Shown: piece after piece, positions 42,770-53,894 of the stretch
Numbering within the stretch: position 1 is the first letter of the stretch
Layout of the letters: every line of letters begins with the position of its first letter
Made by a program: the position numbers and the translations under genes
DNA from: Candidatus Eiseniibacteriota bacterium
GTDB lineage: Bacteria; Eisenbacteria; RBG-16-71-46; JABDJR01
Assembly (NCBI GenBank): GCA_963762255.1
Contig: CAVXKA010000003.1
Span: 768,001 to 832,000 of the forward strand
DNA: 64,000 nucleotides
Reading direction: 5' to 3'
Notes under the pieces: model-generated
Databases searched by the model: none
Told to the model about the DNA's origin: nothing
What the model saw: the letters and a program-made list of their open reading frames with translations, nothing else

Positions 42770-44163
42770 GGGAGCCTCCTTGCCACAAATTGCGGCGCGC
42801 CGTCGTCGACCGCGTTCGCGGCGATGACATCGCGATACCAGAATGCACTGTCCTTCGGAAACCGCCGTCGGGTGTCGAAATCGACGCCGTACAGCCCGAA
42901 GCGCTTCGTGTAGCCGTGTCCCCACTCGAAGTTGTCGAGGAGCGACCAGACGAAGTAGCCGGCCAGCGGGACGCCGTCCACGATGGCGCGGTGCGCGGCC
43001 GCGAGATGGCGCGCGCAGGTACTCGATCCGTCGCTCGTCGTGAACTCCGCCGTCGGCGCCGGGAGCGTCGGCGAAGGCGGCCCCGTTCTCGGTGATGTAG
43101 ATCTTCTCCGGCCGGTACTCGCAGCCGAGCCGAACCAGAAGCTCGCGCAGGCCGGGGGGGAAGACCTCCCAGCCCATGTCGGTGAGTTCTTCCTCGGGGA
43201 CCACGGGCACTGCAACCGGTTCGCCGTCGGCATCCGCCCGCACCACGATGCGGCTGTAGTAGTTGACGCCGAGGAAGTCGAGGGGCGCCGCGATGCATCC
43301 GAGGTCTTCCGGGTGGACGAAGGGAAGATCGGGCCCCGGCAGGTGGCCTCGGCGCACCCGGTCCGGCGACCGCGTCCTCCGGGTAGTGACCGCGGAAGAG
43401 CGGATCGAGGTACCAGCGATTGAAGGAGCCGTCGAGCCGGCGCGCGGCGTCGCGGTCGGCCGGATCCGCGGAGACGGGGTGCACGGGAACAAGGTTGAGC
43501 ACGATGCCGACCTTGGCCCCTGGCACGTTCATGCGGATGACCTCGGCGGCCCATCCGTGCGAGAGCAGCAGGTGGTGGGCGACGCGCAGCGCCTCGACAG
43601 GCGTCCCGATGGCCGGGTGCGTGCTCGCCCTCCTCGTGGCCCAGAGTGCGATGCACCAGGGCTCGTTGTGGGTGACCCAGTGCACGCACGCGGTCGCCGA
43701 GCCGCGCGATGACAGCCTCGTGCGTACTCCACGAAGGCGGCGGCGGTATCGCGCGCGGCCCAGCCCCCCGCGTCCTGGAGCGTCTGCGGCAGGTCCCAGT
43801 GGTAGAGGGTCACGAAGGGTCGGATGCCGGCTTCGAGCAGCGCGTCGACGAGCGCGTCGTAGAAGTCGAGCCCCGCGGCGTTCACTGCACCGCGACCGGT
43901 GGGCATGACGCGCGGCCAGGCGATGGAGAAGCGATAGGCGTCCACCCCGAGCCGGCGCAGGAGCTCGACGTCCTCCGCGCCAGCGGTGGTAGTGGTCGCA
44001 GGCTATCGACGCGTTGGAGCCGTCGGAGATGTGGCCGGGTTCCGCCGCATAGCGGTCCCAGATCGACTCGCCGCGTCCGCCCTTCCCGGACTCCGCCCTC
44101 GATCTGCTGCGCGGAGGTGGCGACGCCCCAGAGAAACCCGTCGGGAAATGCACACACGGTCAT
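42766..44163 (-). CDS. GH1 beta-glucosidase (frameshifted)
   Basis: [51 protein letters not shown]. Confidence 0.92.
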
Positions 44164-44169
44164 CTCGGT

Positions 44170-45204
44170 TCAGCTTCCCAACGCCCGCGGGCTTTGCGGG
44201 TAGAGGTGGCATCGCACCAGGCGGCCGTCGAACGGCCTTGGCGCTGGTTCCTCCGACAGACAGACCTCGCGGACCTCGGGGCAGCGGGCAGCAAAGGGGC
44301 AACCCCTGCCTGTCTCTCTTGCAACCGGGGTGCCGGCCCTTCGGACGGAACCGGCCGACGATTGTGTGACCTCCTCGGCGGGCTCGACCACCGAGGCGTC
44401 CGCGATGGCGGCTAGAAGCGCGCGTGTGTACGGGTGGGCCGGGGAGTTCACCACCGCATCGCTCAGCCCGTCCTCCACCACGCGTCCGCGGAAGAGCACG
44501 AGAATCCGATCCGCCAGATAGCGGGCCGAGGCAAGGTCGTGCGTGATCAGGAGGATGGCGAGGCCGCGTTCGCGCTTGAGCGAGGCGAGGAGGTTGAGCA
44601 GTCCCATGCGAATCGACACGTCGAGCATGGAGGTGGGCTCGTCCGCCACGAGGAGATCGGGGTCGGCGGCCAGGGCGCGGGCGATAGCGACCCGCTGTCG
44701 CTGTCCTCCGGAGAGTTCGTAGGGGTGGCGGTCGATGAAATCCTCGGCCGGCTCCAGACCGACCACGCGAAGCAGTTCGATCGCCCTGGCCCGTGCGTCG
44801 TGGACTGTGCACCGCCGGTGGCGCAGGAGCGGGCGTATCAAGTGGTGCGCGACGTCGTGCACCGGACTCAGGGATCCGAACGGATCCTGAAAGATCATCT
44901 GGACCCGACCACGATAGCCTAGGGAGGCCCCTCGAGGCTCCCTCGCCAGGACGTCCTCCCCATCCAGCAGAACCTCTCCACCGTCGGGAGTCTCCAGACG
45001 CAGCACAAGACGGGCGACGGTGCTCTTGCCGCTTCCCGACTCCCCCACCAGGGCCACCGCCTCGCCACGGTCGATCCGGAACGCGACATCCTCCGCGGCC
45101 ACCACCCGACGGCTCACGGACAGGAACCCCCGGGAAGTGAAGGCCTTACGAAGACCGCGCACCTCGAAGAGCGGGCGGCTTGGCGCTTCGGGTTGACCTA
45201 CCAC
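44170..45204 (-). CDS. ABC transporter ATPase (OppF-like)
   Basis: GESGSGKS, QMIFQDPF, LSGGQRQR, HPYT, GCPFAARC; GTG after GGGAGG (alternative start 45216). Confidence 0.92.
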   Translation of the reverse strand: MVGQPEAPSRPLFEVRGLRKAFTSRGFLSVSRRVVAAEDVAFRIDRGEAVALVGESGSGKSTVARLVLRLETPDGGEVLLDGEDVLAREPRGASLGYRGRVQMIFQDPFGSLSPVHDVAHHLIRPLLRHRRCTVHDARARAIELLRVVGLEPAEDFIDRHPYELSGGQRQRVAIARALAADPDLLVADEPTSMLDVSIRMGLLNLLASLKRERGLAILLITHDLASARYLADRILVLFRGRVVEDGLSDAVVNSPAHPYTRALLAAIADASVVEPAEEVTQSSAGSVRRAGTPVARETGRGCPFAARCPEVREVCLSEEPAPRPFDGRLVRCHLYPQSPRALGS

Positions 45205-45230
45205 CTGACCTCCCACAGCCTGAAGAAATA

Positions 45231-45261
45231 CTTTGTTTGACTACCGAACATAGTGTATCCT
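45231..45261. promoter_or_regulatory. ROK-type operator 2 in divergent promoter region
   Basis: CTTTGTTTGACTACCGAACATAG (45231-45253) overlapping TTGTTT-17-TATCCT; opposite-strand TTGACA nearby. Confidence 0.65.
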
Positions 45262-45366
45262 TGCCGTTGTCTTGTCAAGGGCTGACTCGACGAGCCTCCT
45301 CCGGCCCGTGCGGTATGGTGCCCCAACTCGGACCTCGGCCGGAACCCCGGTCGCTGCCGGTGTTTC

Positions 45367-46446
45367 ATGATGACTCTTATGCAATTGCGCCTCTCGTTCT
45401 CCCTCCTCATGGCGGTCATCGTCATTCCCGGCTGCGGACGAATCGCCCGAGGACCTCGTGAGACTGCGAGTCCGAGCCACTCCTCCGCCCTCCTCAGACA
45501 GGAACCTTTCGAGAGGCGCGCACTGCCCACGACCATCGGGGATCGCTGGATCGGGAACGGCATTGCCTATGGCCCCCATCGCGACGGGCAACTCCCCGGG
45601 GGACCGTCTCCGAGCCGCGACGAGTTGGGAGAAGATCTTCGCCTCATGTCCCGCCACTGGAGTCTGCTCCGGCTCTACGGAGCGGCCGGACCTACCGAGA
45701 CGATTCTCGATCTCATCCGGGAGGAACGGGTCGACATGAAGGTCATGCTCGGGGTCTGGATCGAGCCCGAAGCAGCCCTCGCAGACAGCGGAACAGCGGC
45801 CGTGGAATCGCCCACCGCCCGCGCGGCCAACCGGCTTGAGATCGAGACCGCGATCCGATTGGCCGGCAAGTATCCCGAGATCGTCATCGCCGTGTGTGTG
45901 GGAAACGAGACCCAAGTCTCCTGGTCGTCTCACCGAGTGCCGCCGGACCTCCTGATCGACTACGTGCGCGAAGCTAGAGCCCAGACGTCGGTGCCGGTCT
46001 CCACCGCCGACGACTTCAACTACTGGAACAAGCCGGCAAGCGACGCCGTGGCGAGGGAGATCGATTTCATCGTCACCCATGCCCACCCTCTCTGGAACGG
46101 CATCCAGCTCGAGAACGCGCTGGAGTGGACACGGAGCACCGTTGCGCAGATCCAGGCCGCACACCCGGGCGAAGCCATCGTCCTCGGCGAGACCGGATGG
46201 GCGACTCGCAGGCACACCGAAGGGGAGCAAGCCACGCTGATGAAGGGTGCGCTGGGCGAAGCCGAGCAGGCGCAGTTCTACGCCGCCGCCCGGCAGTGGG
46301 TCGACGAAGCGAGAATGCCCATGTTCTTCTTCGAGGCCTTCGACGAGAACTGGAAGGGCGGAGATCACCCTGACGAAGTAGAGAAACACTGGGGACTCTT
46401 CCGGGCCGATCGGACTCCCAAGATGGCCCTGGTCCGGGAGAAGTAG
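45367..46446 (+). CDS. GH17-like beta-1,3-glucanase lipoprotein
   Basis: Lipobox-like IPGC; RLYG, VGNE, GETGW, FEAFDENWK, EKHWGLF. Confidence 0.85.
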   Translation: MMTLMQLRLSFSLLMAVIVIPGCGRIARGPRETASPSHSSALLRQEPFERRALPTTIGDRWIGNGIAYGPHRDGQLPGGPSPSRDELGEDLRLMSRHWSLLRLYGAAGPTETILDLIREERVDMKVMLGVWIEPEAALADSGTAAVESPTARAANRLEIETAIRLAGKYPEIVIAVCVGNETQVSWSSHRVPPDLLIDYVREARAQTSVPVSTADDFNYWNKPASDAVAREIDFIVTHAHPLWNGIQLENALEWTRSTVAQIQAAHPGEAIVLGETGWATRRHTEGEQATLMKGALGEAEQAQFYAAARQWVDEARMPMFFFEAFDENWKGGDHPDEVEKHWGLFRADRTPKMALVREK

Positions 46447-46450
46447 AACC

Positions 46451-49400
46451 ATGGCGAGCCATGACTCGGTCCGTCCCACTCCCCTGACGGAATCGGAGAC
46501 TCCGCGCTCCCCCACACCGCACTCTGCCCTGCGCGGGGGTGAGCCGACCACCGGGTTCGTTGCAACGGAGGGAGGGGTTTACTATCGGATCGTGGGCTTC
46601 GACCGCATGCCCCCGTTCCTCATGAGCCTGGCCAGCGACACCGATCTCTGGATGTTCGTGACCTCCGGAGGGGGGCTGACCGCGGGACGAGTCGACGCAG
46701 ACGGGAGCATCTTCCCGTATGAGACGGTCGACAAGCTGCACGACGCGCATCATCAATCCGGACCCGTCACGCTCATGCGGGTTTGCCGCCCGGGCCGGTC
46801 CGAGATCCTGTGGAGGCCGTTCTCGGAGCGCGCCGGGAGCGATCCGGGGAATCGAGCGCAATCTACTCAAGAACACCATCGGCAACTCGACTCGTCTTCG
46901 AGGAAGTGAACGCGGATCTCGAGCTCGTGTTCCGGTATCGCTGGGCGGCCAGCGACGAGTTCGGGTGGGTGCGAACGGCGACGATCGAGAACCGAGGTTC
47001 CACCGCGGTTTCCATCGTGCTGCTCGACGGGTTGCGAAACGTGCTTCCCTGGGGCGCGCCGCTGGCGCTCTACCAGCAGCTCCAGTTCCCTTGTCGACGC
47101 CTACCGGCGGGCCGACTGCGACCCCGAGACCGGATTGGCGATCTTCTCCCTCACCGCGATGATCACCGATCGAGCGGAGGCGGCCGAGGTGCTGCGGGCG
47201 AACACCGTCTGGTGCCACGGGCTTCGCGACTTCACCGTCGCGCTCTCGTCCGAAGCGGTGTCCGCATTCCGCTCGGCGACCGCCCGATCCCTCGCGAGGA
47301 CAAGCTGACCGGACGCCGGGGGAATTACCTCGTCACGTCATCATTCGAACTGGCGGCGGGCGGCCGGATCGACTGGCACATCGCCGCCGATGTCGGCCGG
47401 GATCATGTCCAGGTCGCCGCTCTGCGCGCACCGCCTCCGCCGGGACAGCGGTCTGGACCGGGCCGTCCGCAGCGGTCTGCGCGCCGCCGACGAGAACCTG
47501 ACGCGAATCGTGGCAAGCGCCGACGGCCTCCAGCTCACAGACCACCGGGAAGCCACCGTCCACCACTTCGCCAATGTGCTGTTCAACACCATGCGCGGCG
47601 GAGTATTCGACGGCAACTACGATCTTCCCTCGGTCGATTTTGCCGACTTCATTCGGACGCGCAACCGCGCCGCGGCCACGCGACAGAAGAAGCTTCTCGA
47701 CTCACTCCCCGGCAGGATCCCGATCGGCGATCTCGTCCTCACCGCCGAACGGTCGGGGGATGCGGATTTCCAACGCCTGACCTATGAGTATCTTCCTCTC
47801 TGGTTCGGTCGCCGCCACGGCGATCCGAGCCGTCCCTGGAACCGATTCACGATACGGGTCAGAGACCACGACGGCGACCGCACGCTGCGTTACGAGGGCA
47901 ACTGGCGCGACATCTTCCAGAACTGGGAGGCTCTGAGCCAGAGCTTCCCGGAGTTCCTGCCGAGCATCGTCGCCAAGTTCGTGAACGCGTCCACGGTGGA
48001 CGGATTCAATCCCTACCGGGTCACTCGAGACGGTATCGACTGGGAAACCGTCGACCCCCGCGACCCCTGGAGCCACATCGGCTACTGGGGAGACCACCAG
48101 ATCGTGTATCTGCTCAGGTTCCTCGAGACCCTGCGACGCTTCTCCCCGGGTACCCTGGGGGCGCTGCTCGACCGTGAGATCTTCTCGCTACGCGGATGTC
48201 CCCTATCGCCTCAAGCCCTACGAGGAGATTCTGGCCGACCCCCGTGCGACGATCCTCTATGACGTCGATCTCGCCGCACGCGTCGAGGCGCGCACGCAAG
48301 CGGTGGGCACCGACGGAAAGCTCGTTATTGGACCCGACGGAAGGGTCTACCACGTCACCCTGCTGGAGAAACTTCTGGTCCCCGCCCTCTCAAAGCTCTC
48401 GAATCTCGTCCCGGACGGCGGGATCTGGATGAACACCCAGCGACCCGAGTGGAACGACGCCAACAACGCGCTGGTCGGCAACGGCGTTTCGGTGGTCACG
48501 CTCTGCCACCTGCGCGGGTATCTGACCTTTCTACAGGGGCTGCTGGGGGGAACCGGACCGCGATCGGTGTCGGTGTCGGCCGAGGTGATCACGTGGTTCC
48601 GACGGCTCCACAGGATCTACGCTGAGCACCGTCCCCGGCTAACGTCAGAGGCCGTGAGCGACATCGAGCGCAAGCGATTGCTCGACGCGTCGGGCCTGGC
48701 ATTTTCCGAGTATCGCGCTGCGGTCTATTCGCAGGGCTTCTCAGGAAAGGGGCTCCTGCCAACCACGGATGTCGTCGAGTTCTGCCGAATCGCCCTCGTC
48801 GCCGTCGATCACGCCATTCTCGCCAACCGCCGCGAGGACGGGCTCTACCACGCGTACAACCTCCTGGAAGTTCGCCCGGATCGAGATGACGCCACGATTC
48901 GGCCCCTCTATGAGATGTTGGAGGGGCAGGTGGCCGCGTTGAGTTCCGGCCTCGTGGATCCTCCGGAGGCGGTCGGGTTGATCTCCGCCCTCTTCCAGAG
49001 TCGCCTCTACGAAGCGGGTCAGCGGAGTTTCCTTCTCTACCCGGAGAGAACGCTCCCGGGCTTCATCGATCGAAACGTGGTCCCGGACGACGGCGTACGA
49101 CGCATCCCACTCCTCACCGAGCTGATCGAGGCAGGAGACACTTCCATCCTCGCTCGGGATGTTCTTGGCACGAATCGCTTCTGCGGCGATCTCCGAAATG
49201 CCGGCGACCTGAGCGCGGCACTGGATCGTCTTGGCACACGGACCGAGTGGCGAGAGGCGGTGACGAGGGACCGGAACGCGGTCCTGGATCTCTTCGAGGA
49301 GGTCTTCAATCACCGCGCGTTCACCGGCCGGTCGGGCACCATGTACGGCTACGAGGGGCTGGGCTGCATCTACTGGCACATGGTCGCGAAGCTGCTGCTG

Positions 49401-49982
49401 GCGGTACAGGAGGCTGCGCTCCGGGCCGCGCGGGAAGACCGGCCCGCGTCAGTCCGGGAAGCGCTCGGAAAGGCCTACTACCGGATCCGAGCCGGGCTCG
49501 GCTTCGAGAAGACGGCGGAAGAGTACGGCGCCTTCCCGACCGACCCGTACTCCCATACACCGGCCCATGCCGGAGCCCAGCAACCCGGCATGACCGGTCA
49601 GGTGAAGGAAGAGATCCTCACCCGCTTCGGCGAGCTGGGCATCCACGTCGAGGACGGAGTCCTGAGCTTCCAGCCCGTGCTCCTGCGGAAGGCCGAGTTC
49701 CTGCGGGAGCCCGCCCACTTCCGGTTCTTCGATCTCGATGGATCGCCGGATTCGATTGACGTGCCGGCAGGGAGCCTGGCGTTCAGTTTCTGCCAGGTGC
49801 CGGTGATCTACCACCTGACCTCCGGCGAGTCGTGGATCCGAATCGTCGGCGCCGACAACACGGGCACCGCTATCTCCGGAGACACCCTCGATTCGGAAAC
49901 CAGCAAGAGCATCTTCGGCCGAAGAGGCGCGGTGAAGCGGATCGAAGTCGGCGTACCGGAGGCCTCGCTAGCGCGGTACTGA
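46451..49982 (+). CDS. GH149-like beta-1,3-glucan phosphorylase (frameshifted)
   Basis: WMF..S.GGLTAGR, RRHGDPSRPWN, YEGNWRDIFQNWEAL, YWGDHQ, YEGLG.IYWHM and FPTDPYSHTP, in consecutive frames. Confidence 0.82.
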
Positions 49983-49984
49983 CC

Positions 49985-51586
49985 CTACCGCATCCGCACG
50001 GCGCGCCGCGTTTCGAGTACGTCGCCGACCCAAAGGCGAACCAGGTACACCCCGGAGGCCACCTCGCCGCCGGCCTCGTCACGCCCGTCCCAGGCCACTT
50101 CGTGCTCCCCCGCGGGCACCAGTCCGTCGACCAGCGTACGGACCAAACGCCCGGCAACATCGCAGACGGCAAGCACCACCGGTCCGCTTGTTTCCAGCGT
50201 GAATCCGATCAAGGTACGGGGACTGAAGGGGTTGGGGCTCGCCGCGCGGAGATGAGGCACCGAAACAACCGGCGGATCCTCGGGGGGGACGGCGACCGCG
50301 CCTCCTTCGGGAACGAAACGAAAGCCGTCGAGCACGACTTCCTGATCCACGGCCGGCGGGCCGTTGAACTGCCAGAGATTGAGGTGCACGCGCGGCTGAT
50401 CGGGGCGAGGAATGTGGGGGCCAGCGTACGTCCACGAGTAGATCATGGCGGCCGGCGACTCGTCGTCGGGTCCACCTCGCCAACTGCGGAATTCAACGCG
50501 ATCGTGGAGCCACCGGAATGCATGGCTGGTCAACTCGCCGTCGCTGAACGTCGCCGGAAATCGGACCAGGTTACCGGGGTAGTCGTACGGCTGCGCAACG
50601 AACTGGGCCGGATCTTGCCCTGCATTCCCCCACCGGCTGAACTCGATGTCGATTTCGTTGTAGGGGTTCCACCACATGGTGAGCGGGTCGTAGCAGGGAC
50701 CGTACTCCCAGACGAAAATCCCGAGGACGGCCTTGGGGTCCAGCGTATCCAGGCGACCCACGGTGGTGAAAACGTAGTCCCCGTAGCCGAGCGCCTGATC
50801 GAGAACCACCTCGGTGCTGTACCACGAGCCGCTGATCTTCTTGATCGTGAGATGGAGACGTCCGTTCGTGTCCACCCAGGTGCAGGTCGAGGTGTCGCAA
50901 AAGAGGCTCGGGCCAGGTCCGTAGTATCCGGGGCCCTTCACGCGCCAGGTCCGCCCGCTGAAAGCGAGGGTGTTGCCACCGGGGAAGTCCGACCATTGAA
51001 GAGCGTCCAGCGACGGAGTGCCCAGACGGACGAACGTTGCCTGGTCATAGAAGACGTCGGGAGAGGGATCGGTGGGCGCCTGAAGCACACCGAGCAGGAT
51101 CCGAACGGATGCGGTCCCGGTGGGCGCCGGCTGGCTCTCCACCGAGAATGCCTGCACCGAATCGGGCATAGTACCGGCGTCGGCCACGGTGTGGGACTCG
51201 TAGGTGATGAGGTTGCCGCTGCTGTCGCGCCACTCGATATTCAGAATCGCCCGCGACTGCCCAACGAGCGGCTTCATCGCACTGTGCCAACCCCTGACGG
51301 ACGCCGCCCACCTGACACCCGGCGCAGCATCCAGGCTTTGCCAATAGGCCGAGACATCCCAGCCACCCAGGCTCGGTCCGGAGACGCGCGCGGAAACCGC
51401 GCCGTGGGTTGCGTTCGGGGAGGAACCGACGGAGCCGAACTGACTCCATCCGCCGAACGTGGCACCCGCCGATCCCGGCAACTCGAAACTCGGATTGGCC
51501 AGCATGCACTGGCCGTACGCGCGCCCCGCGCCGGTCGCGATGAGCAAGACGAGCGCGGCTAAGACGATCATCCTGGTGCGGAACAT
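49985..51586 (-). CDS. Secreted CBM-like plus GH16-like protein with FlgD-Ig/T9SS-like C-terminal domain
   Basis: Signal peptide, LANPSFE domain, EIDIEFSRW motif, PNPF..VAGRLVRTL..WDGRD..SGVY tail. Confidence 0.75.
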   Translation of the reverse strand: MFRTRMIVLAALVLLIATGAGRAYGQCMLANPSFELPGSAGATFGGWSQFGSVGSSPNATHGAVSARVSGPSLGGWDVSAYWQSLDAAPGVRWAASVRGWHSAMKPLVGQSRAILNIEWRDSSGNLITYESHTVADAGTMPDSVQAFSVESQPAPTGTASVRILLGVLQAPTDPSPDVFYDQATFVRLGTPSLDALQWSDFPGGNTLAFSGRTWRVKGPGYYGPGPSLFCDTSTCTWVDTNGRLHLTIKKISGSWYSTEVVLDQALGYGDYVFTTVGRLDTLDPKAVLGIFVWEYGPCYDPLTMWWNPYNEIDIEFSRWGNAGQDPAQFVAQPYDYPGNLVRFPATFSDGELTSHAFRWLHDRVEFRSWRGGPDDESPAAMIYSWTYAGPHIPRPDQPRVHLNLWQFNGPPAVDQEVVLDGFRFVPEGGAVAVPPEDPPVVSVPHLRAASPNPFSPRTLIGFTLETSGPVVLAVCDVAGRLVRTLVDGLVPAGEHEVAWDGRDEAGGEVASGVYLVRLWVGDVLETRRAVRMR

Positions 51587-51677
51587 TCGGGGCTCCATGG
51601 TGACGGGCCTAGGCGGGTCAGCCACAGCGATAGGTAGCTGCGCAACGCGTTCAAACCTTTGTGATTTTATCACTTGC

Positions 51678-52619
51678 TCACCAAGGCAAGGGGTGAGAAC
51701 CCTGGTCGGTGAAGTCATCCCAGAACGCCTCCAGCCGCTCCCGCTCGCCGAGCGTGACCCGATGGCCCTCGGCTTGGAGATTGACCTGAAGCTGGCCGCT
51801 TGACCGAACGCCGGGGATCACACAACTCACCTCATCGTAGGCGAGCAAGTAGGCGATCGCCTTACACGCCAGTTCCGAGCCGTCGGCGGTGAGCCAGCCC
51901 AGACGGGCCACAAGCTCGGCCCTCCGGGCAGTATCATCCGGCGTCCAGCGGGCCCGGATTCCTGTGAATCGACTCGCTGAGTCCAGGCGCCCGGTGAGCC
52001 AGCCACTGTCCAGGGGAACCTTGACGATCGTGCCCACACCACTGTCCCGAACCAGAGGAAAAGCGCGTCGGACGTCCTGGTGGAGGATGTTGAAGAAAAT
52101 CTCCAGCACCTCGCTCCGCGTGTTCCGCAGACACGCTTCGATTTCGCGCGCGGAGTCGAGGCTCACACCGTAGTGGCGGACCTTGCCCTGCTCGCGCGAC
52201 TTCTCCATCGCTCGCCAGAGAGGGTCGACTCCTTCGTACATGGCCGGGTCGGGGTTGTGCAGGAGAAGAAGGTCCAGGTAGTCGGTGCGCAACCGACGCA
52301 GGCTTTGTTCCAGGCTTTCCCAGAACCACGCGACCGAGAAATCCTTGCTGCCCTCGGGCCGGTGGCCGAACTTGCTCACCAGCACGACCTCGTTACGGCG
52401 GCCGGCGAGGGCCTCGCCGAGAATGCGCTCGCTCTCCCCGCAGGCGTAATTGGGAGCGGTGTCGAAGAGAGAGATGCCGCCTTCGAGCGCCTCGTGGATC
52501 AGACGGTGGGCGGTGCGGGCGTCCATCCCGCCCCAGTCATCAGTGTTGCCCAGTTGCCAACCACCGAGGCCAACTTCGGAGACTTCAAGGCCCGTGTTTC
52601 CGAGCATTCTTCGGCGCAC
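51678..52619 (-). CDS. Aldo/keto reductase
   Basis: LGNTGLEVS, FDTAPNY, SKFG, SLRRLRTDYLD, VIPG. Confidence 0.9.
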   Translation of the reverse strand: MRRRMLGNTGLEVSEVGLGGWQLGNTDDWGGMDARTAHRLIHEALEGGISLFDTAPNYACGESERILGEALAGRRNEVVLVSKFGHRPEGSKDFSVAWFWESLEQSLRRLRTDYLDLLLLHNPDPAMYEGVDPLWRAMEKSREQGKVRHYGVSLDSAREIEACLRNTRSEVLEIFFNILHQDVRRAFPLVRDSGVGTIVKVPLDSGWLTGRLDSASRFTGIRARWTPDDTARRAELVARLGWLTADGSELACKAIAYLLAYDEVSCVIPGVRSSGQLQVNLQAEGHRVTLGERERLEAFWDDFTDQGSHPLPW

Positions 52620-52676
52620 AGGCGTCAACCCTCCAATGGAGCGGAGCATACCCGCAGCCGCCCCCCGAAAAAAAGG

Positions 52677-52707
52677 CTTTGTTTGGTACTCGAACAAAGT
52701 GTATGCT
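52677..52707 (+). promoter_or_regulatory. ROK-type operator 3 overlapping a sigma70 promoter
   Basis: CTTTGTTTGGTACTCGAACAAAG (52677-52699); TTGTTT-17-TATGCT. Confidence 0.7.
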
Positions 52708-52824
52708 AGTGCCTGCGGTTACGAGACGGATGTCTCTTCCAGGCAGTGGAGCGCCAGAGGCGCAGTACGCTCAGTCCGAGCGCTCGGCCGACGCGGGAGA
52801 TTCACTCTTCGGGAGGTGACTACA

Positions 52825-53799
52825 ATGCTCAATCGGGCTGCTGTTGTGTTCATGGCTGCGATGTTCATGTGCGCGGTTCCCGTGGTGGGTCTGGCCATTA
52901 CTCCCTACAGCCAGGACTTCGAGGGCCTGACCCAGTCGGACCCGAGCGCGCTGGGGAATGACGGCTGGCTGGTCTACGGGAATGTCTTCTCTCCGTCCAT
53001 GGCGTATCTCTATGGATACGGTCCCTATCCTGCGCCCAATCATTCGCTGGCGTTCAGCAGAATTGCCCTCGCAGAGGGAGGCACCGAACAGGGTGCCCAA
53101 CAGCTCACGGTCTTCAACGACTACGAAAACGCCGGTCACGCCGTCGGCAACTTCATCGAGTCGAACGTCTACCGGGAATGGACCATCGCGGCGGCGGACA
53201 CCGGGAAGATGTGGTTCTTCGACTTCCAGGCCAAGCTCGGCAACATCGGAGGTGTCTCCACCGCGGCGGCCTTCATCAAGACGCTGGATCCGAGCAACGG
53301 CTGGGCGCTCACCCATTTCGTCACGTCGGACATGACGTCGATTCCCGCGACGTGGGGCGGCTACTCGGTGCACTTGTACGTCGATGCCAGCCTCGTGGGC
53401 CAGATCTTCCAGATCGGGTTCATGAATACCGCGACGAATTACGAGGGATCGGGCATCTTCTACGACAACATCAGTCTCCACAGCCTGGACGCGACCGGCA
53501 TTTCCGATGCCCCCATGTTCGTGGGCGCGACGCTGCAAAAGAACTTCCCGAATCCGTTCAGCCCCCGCACCCGGATCGGATTCACGATGGAAGCGCCGGG
53601 GCACGCGGAACTGGCCGTCTTCGACCTGGCCGGGCGCAGGGTCGCCACATTGCGCGAGGGTGAATTCGCGGAAGGCACGTTTGAGACGGCCTGGGACGGC
53701 AGGACCAACACCGGGATGCCCGCAGCTGCAGGGCAGTACTGGTACGTGCTGAGCACAACCAACGGTCGGATCGCCCGGCCCATGACGCTGTTGAAGTAG
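52825..53799 (+). CDS. Secreted protein of unknown function with FlgD-Ig C-terminal domain
   Basis: GGAGG RBS, signal peptide, YSQDFE..FYDNI domain, NFPNPF..AGRRVATL..WDG tail. Confidence 0.8.
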   Translation: MLNRAAVVFMAAMFMCAVPVVGLAITPYSQDFEGLTQSDPSALGNDGWLVYGNVFSPSMAYLYGYGPYPAPNHSLAFSRIALAEGGTEQGAQQLTVFNDYENAGHAVGNFIESNVYREWTIAAADTGKMWFFDFQAKLGNIGGVSTAAAFIKTLDPSNGWALTHFVTSDMTSIPATWGGYSVHLYVDASLVGQIFQIGFMNTATNYEGSGIFYDNISLHSLDATGISDAPMFVGATLQKNFPNPFSPRTRIGFTMEAPGHAELAVFDLAGRRVATLREGEFAEGTFETAWDGRTNTGMPAAAGQYWYVLSTTNGRIARPMTLLK

Positions 53800-53850
53800 G
53801 GCGTCTCCGCCCCGGGACGAGGGAACCGCTCCTCAGGGGAATCTTGAAGC

Positions 53851-53890
53851 GAAGGCCGGCCGGGGTCCCACCCCGAGCCGGCCTTCTTCT
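53851..53890. terminator. Hairpin between convergent genes
   Basis: GAAGGCCGGC-CGGGG...CCCCG-A-GCCGGCCTTC followed by TTCT. Confidence 0.6.
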
Positions 53891-53894
53891 TCGA

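Noticed and set aside
39561-44163. Programmed frameshifting or phase variation as the cause of broken ORFs
   Set aside because: Indels are too numerous and irregular, with no consistent slippery sites
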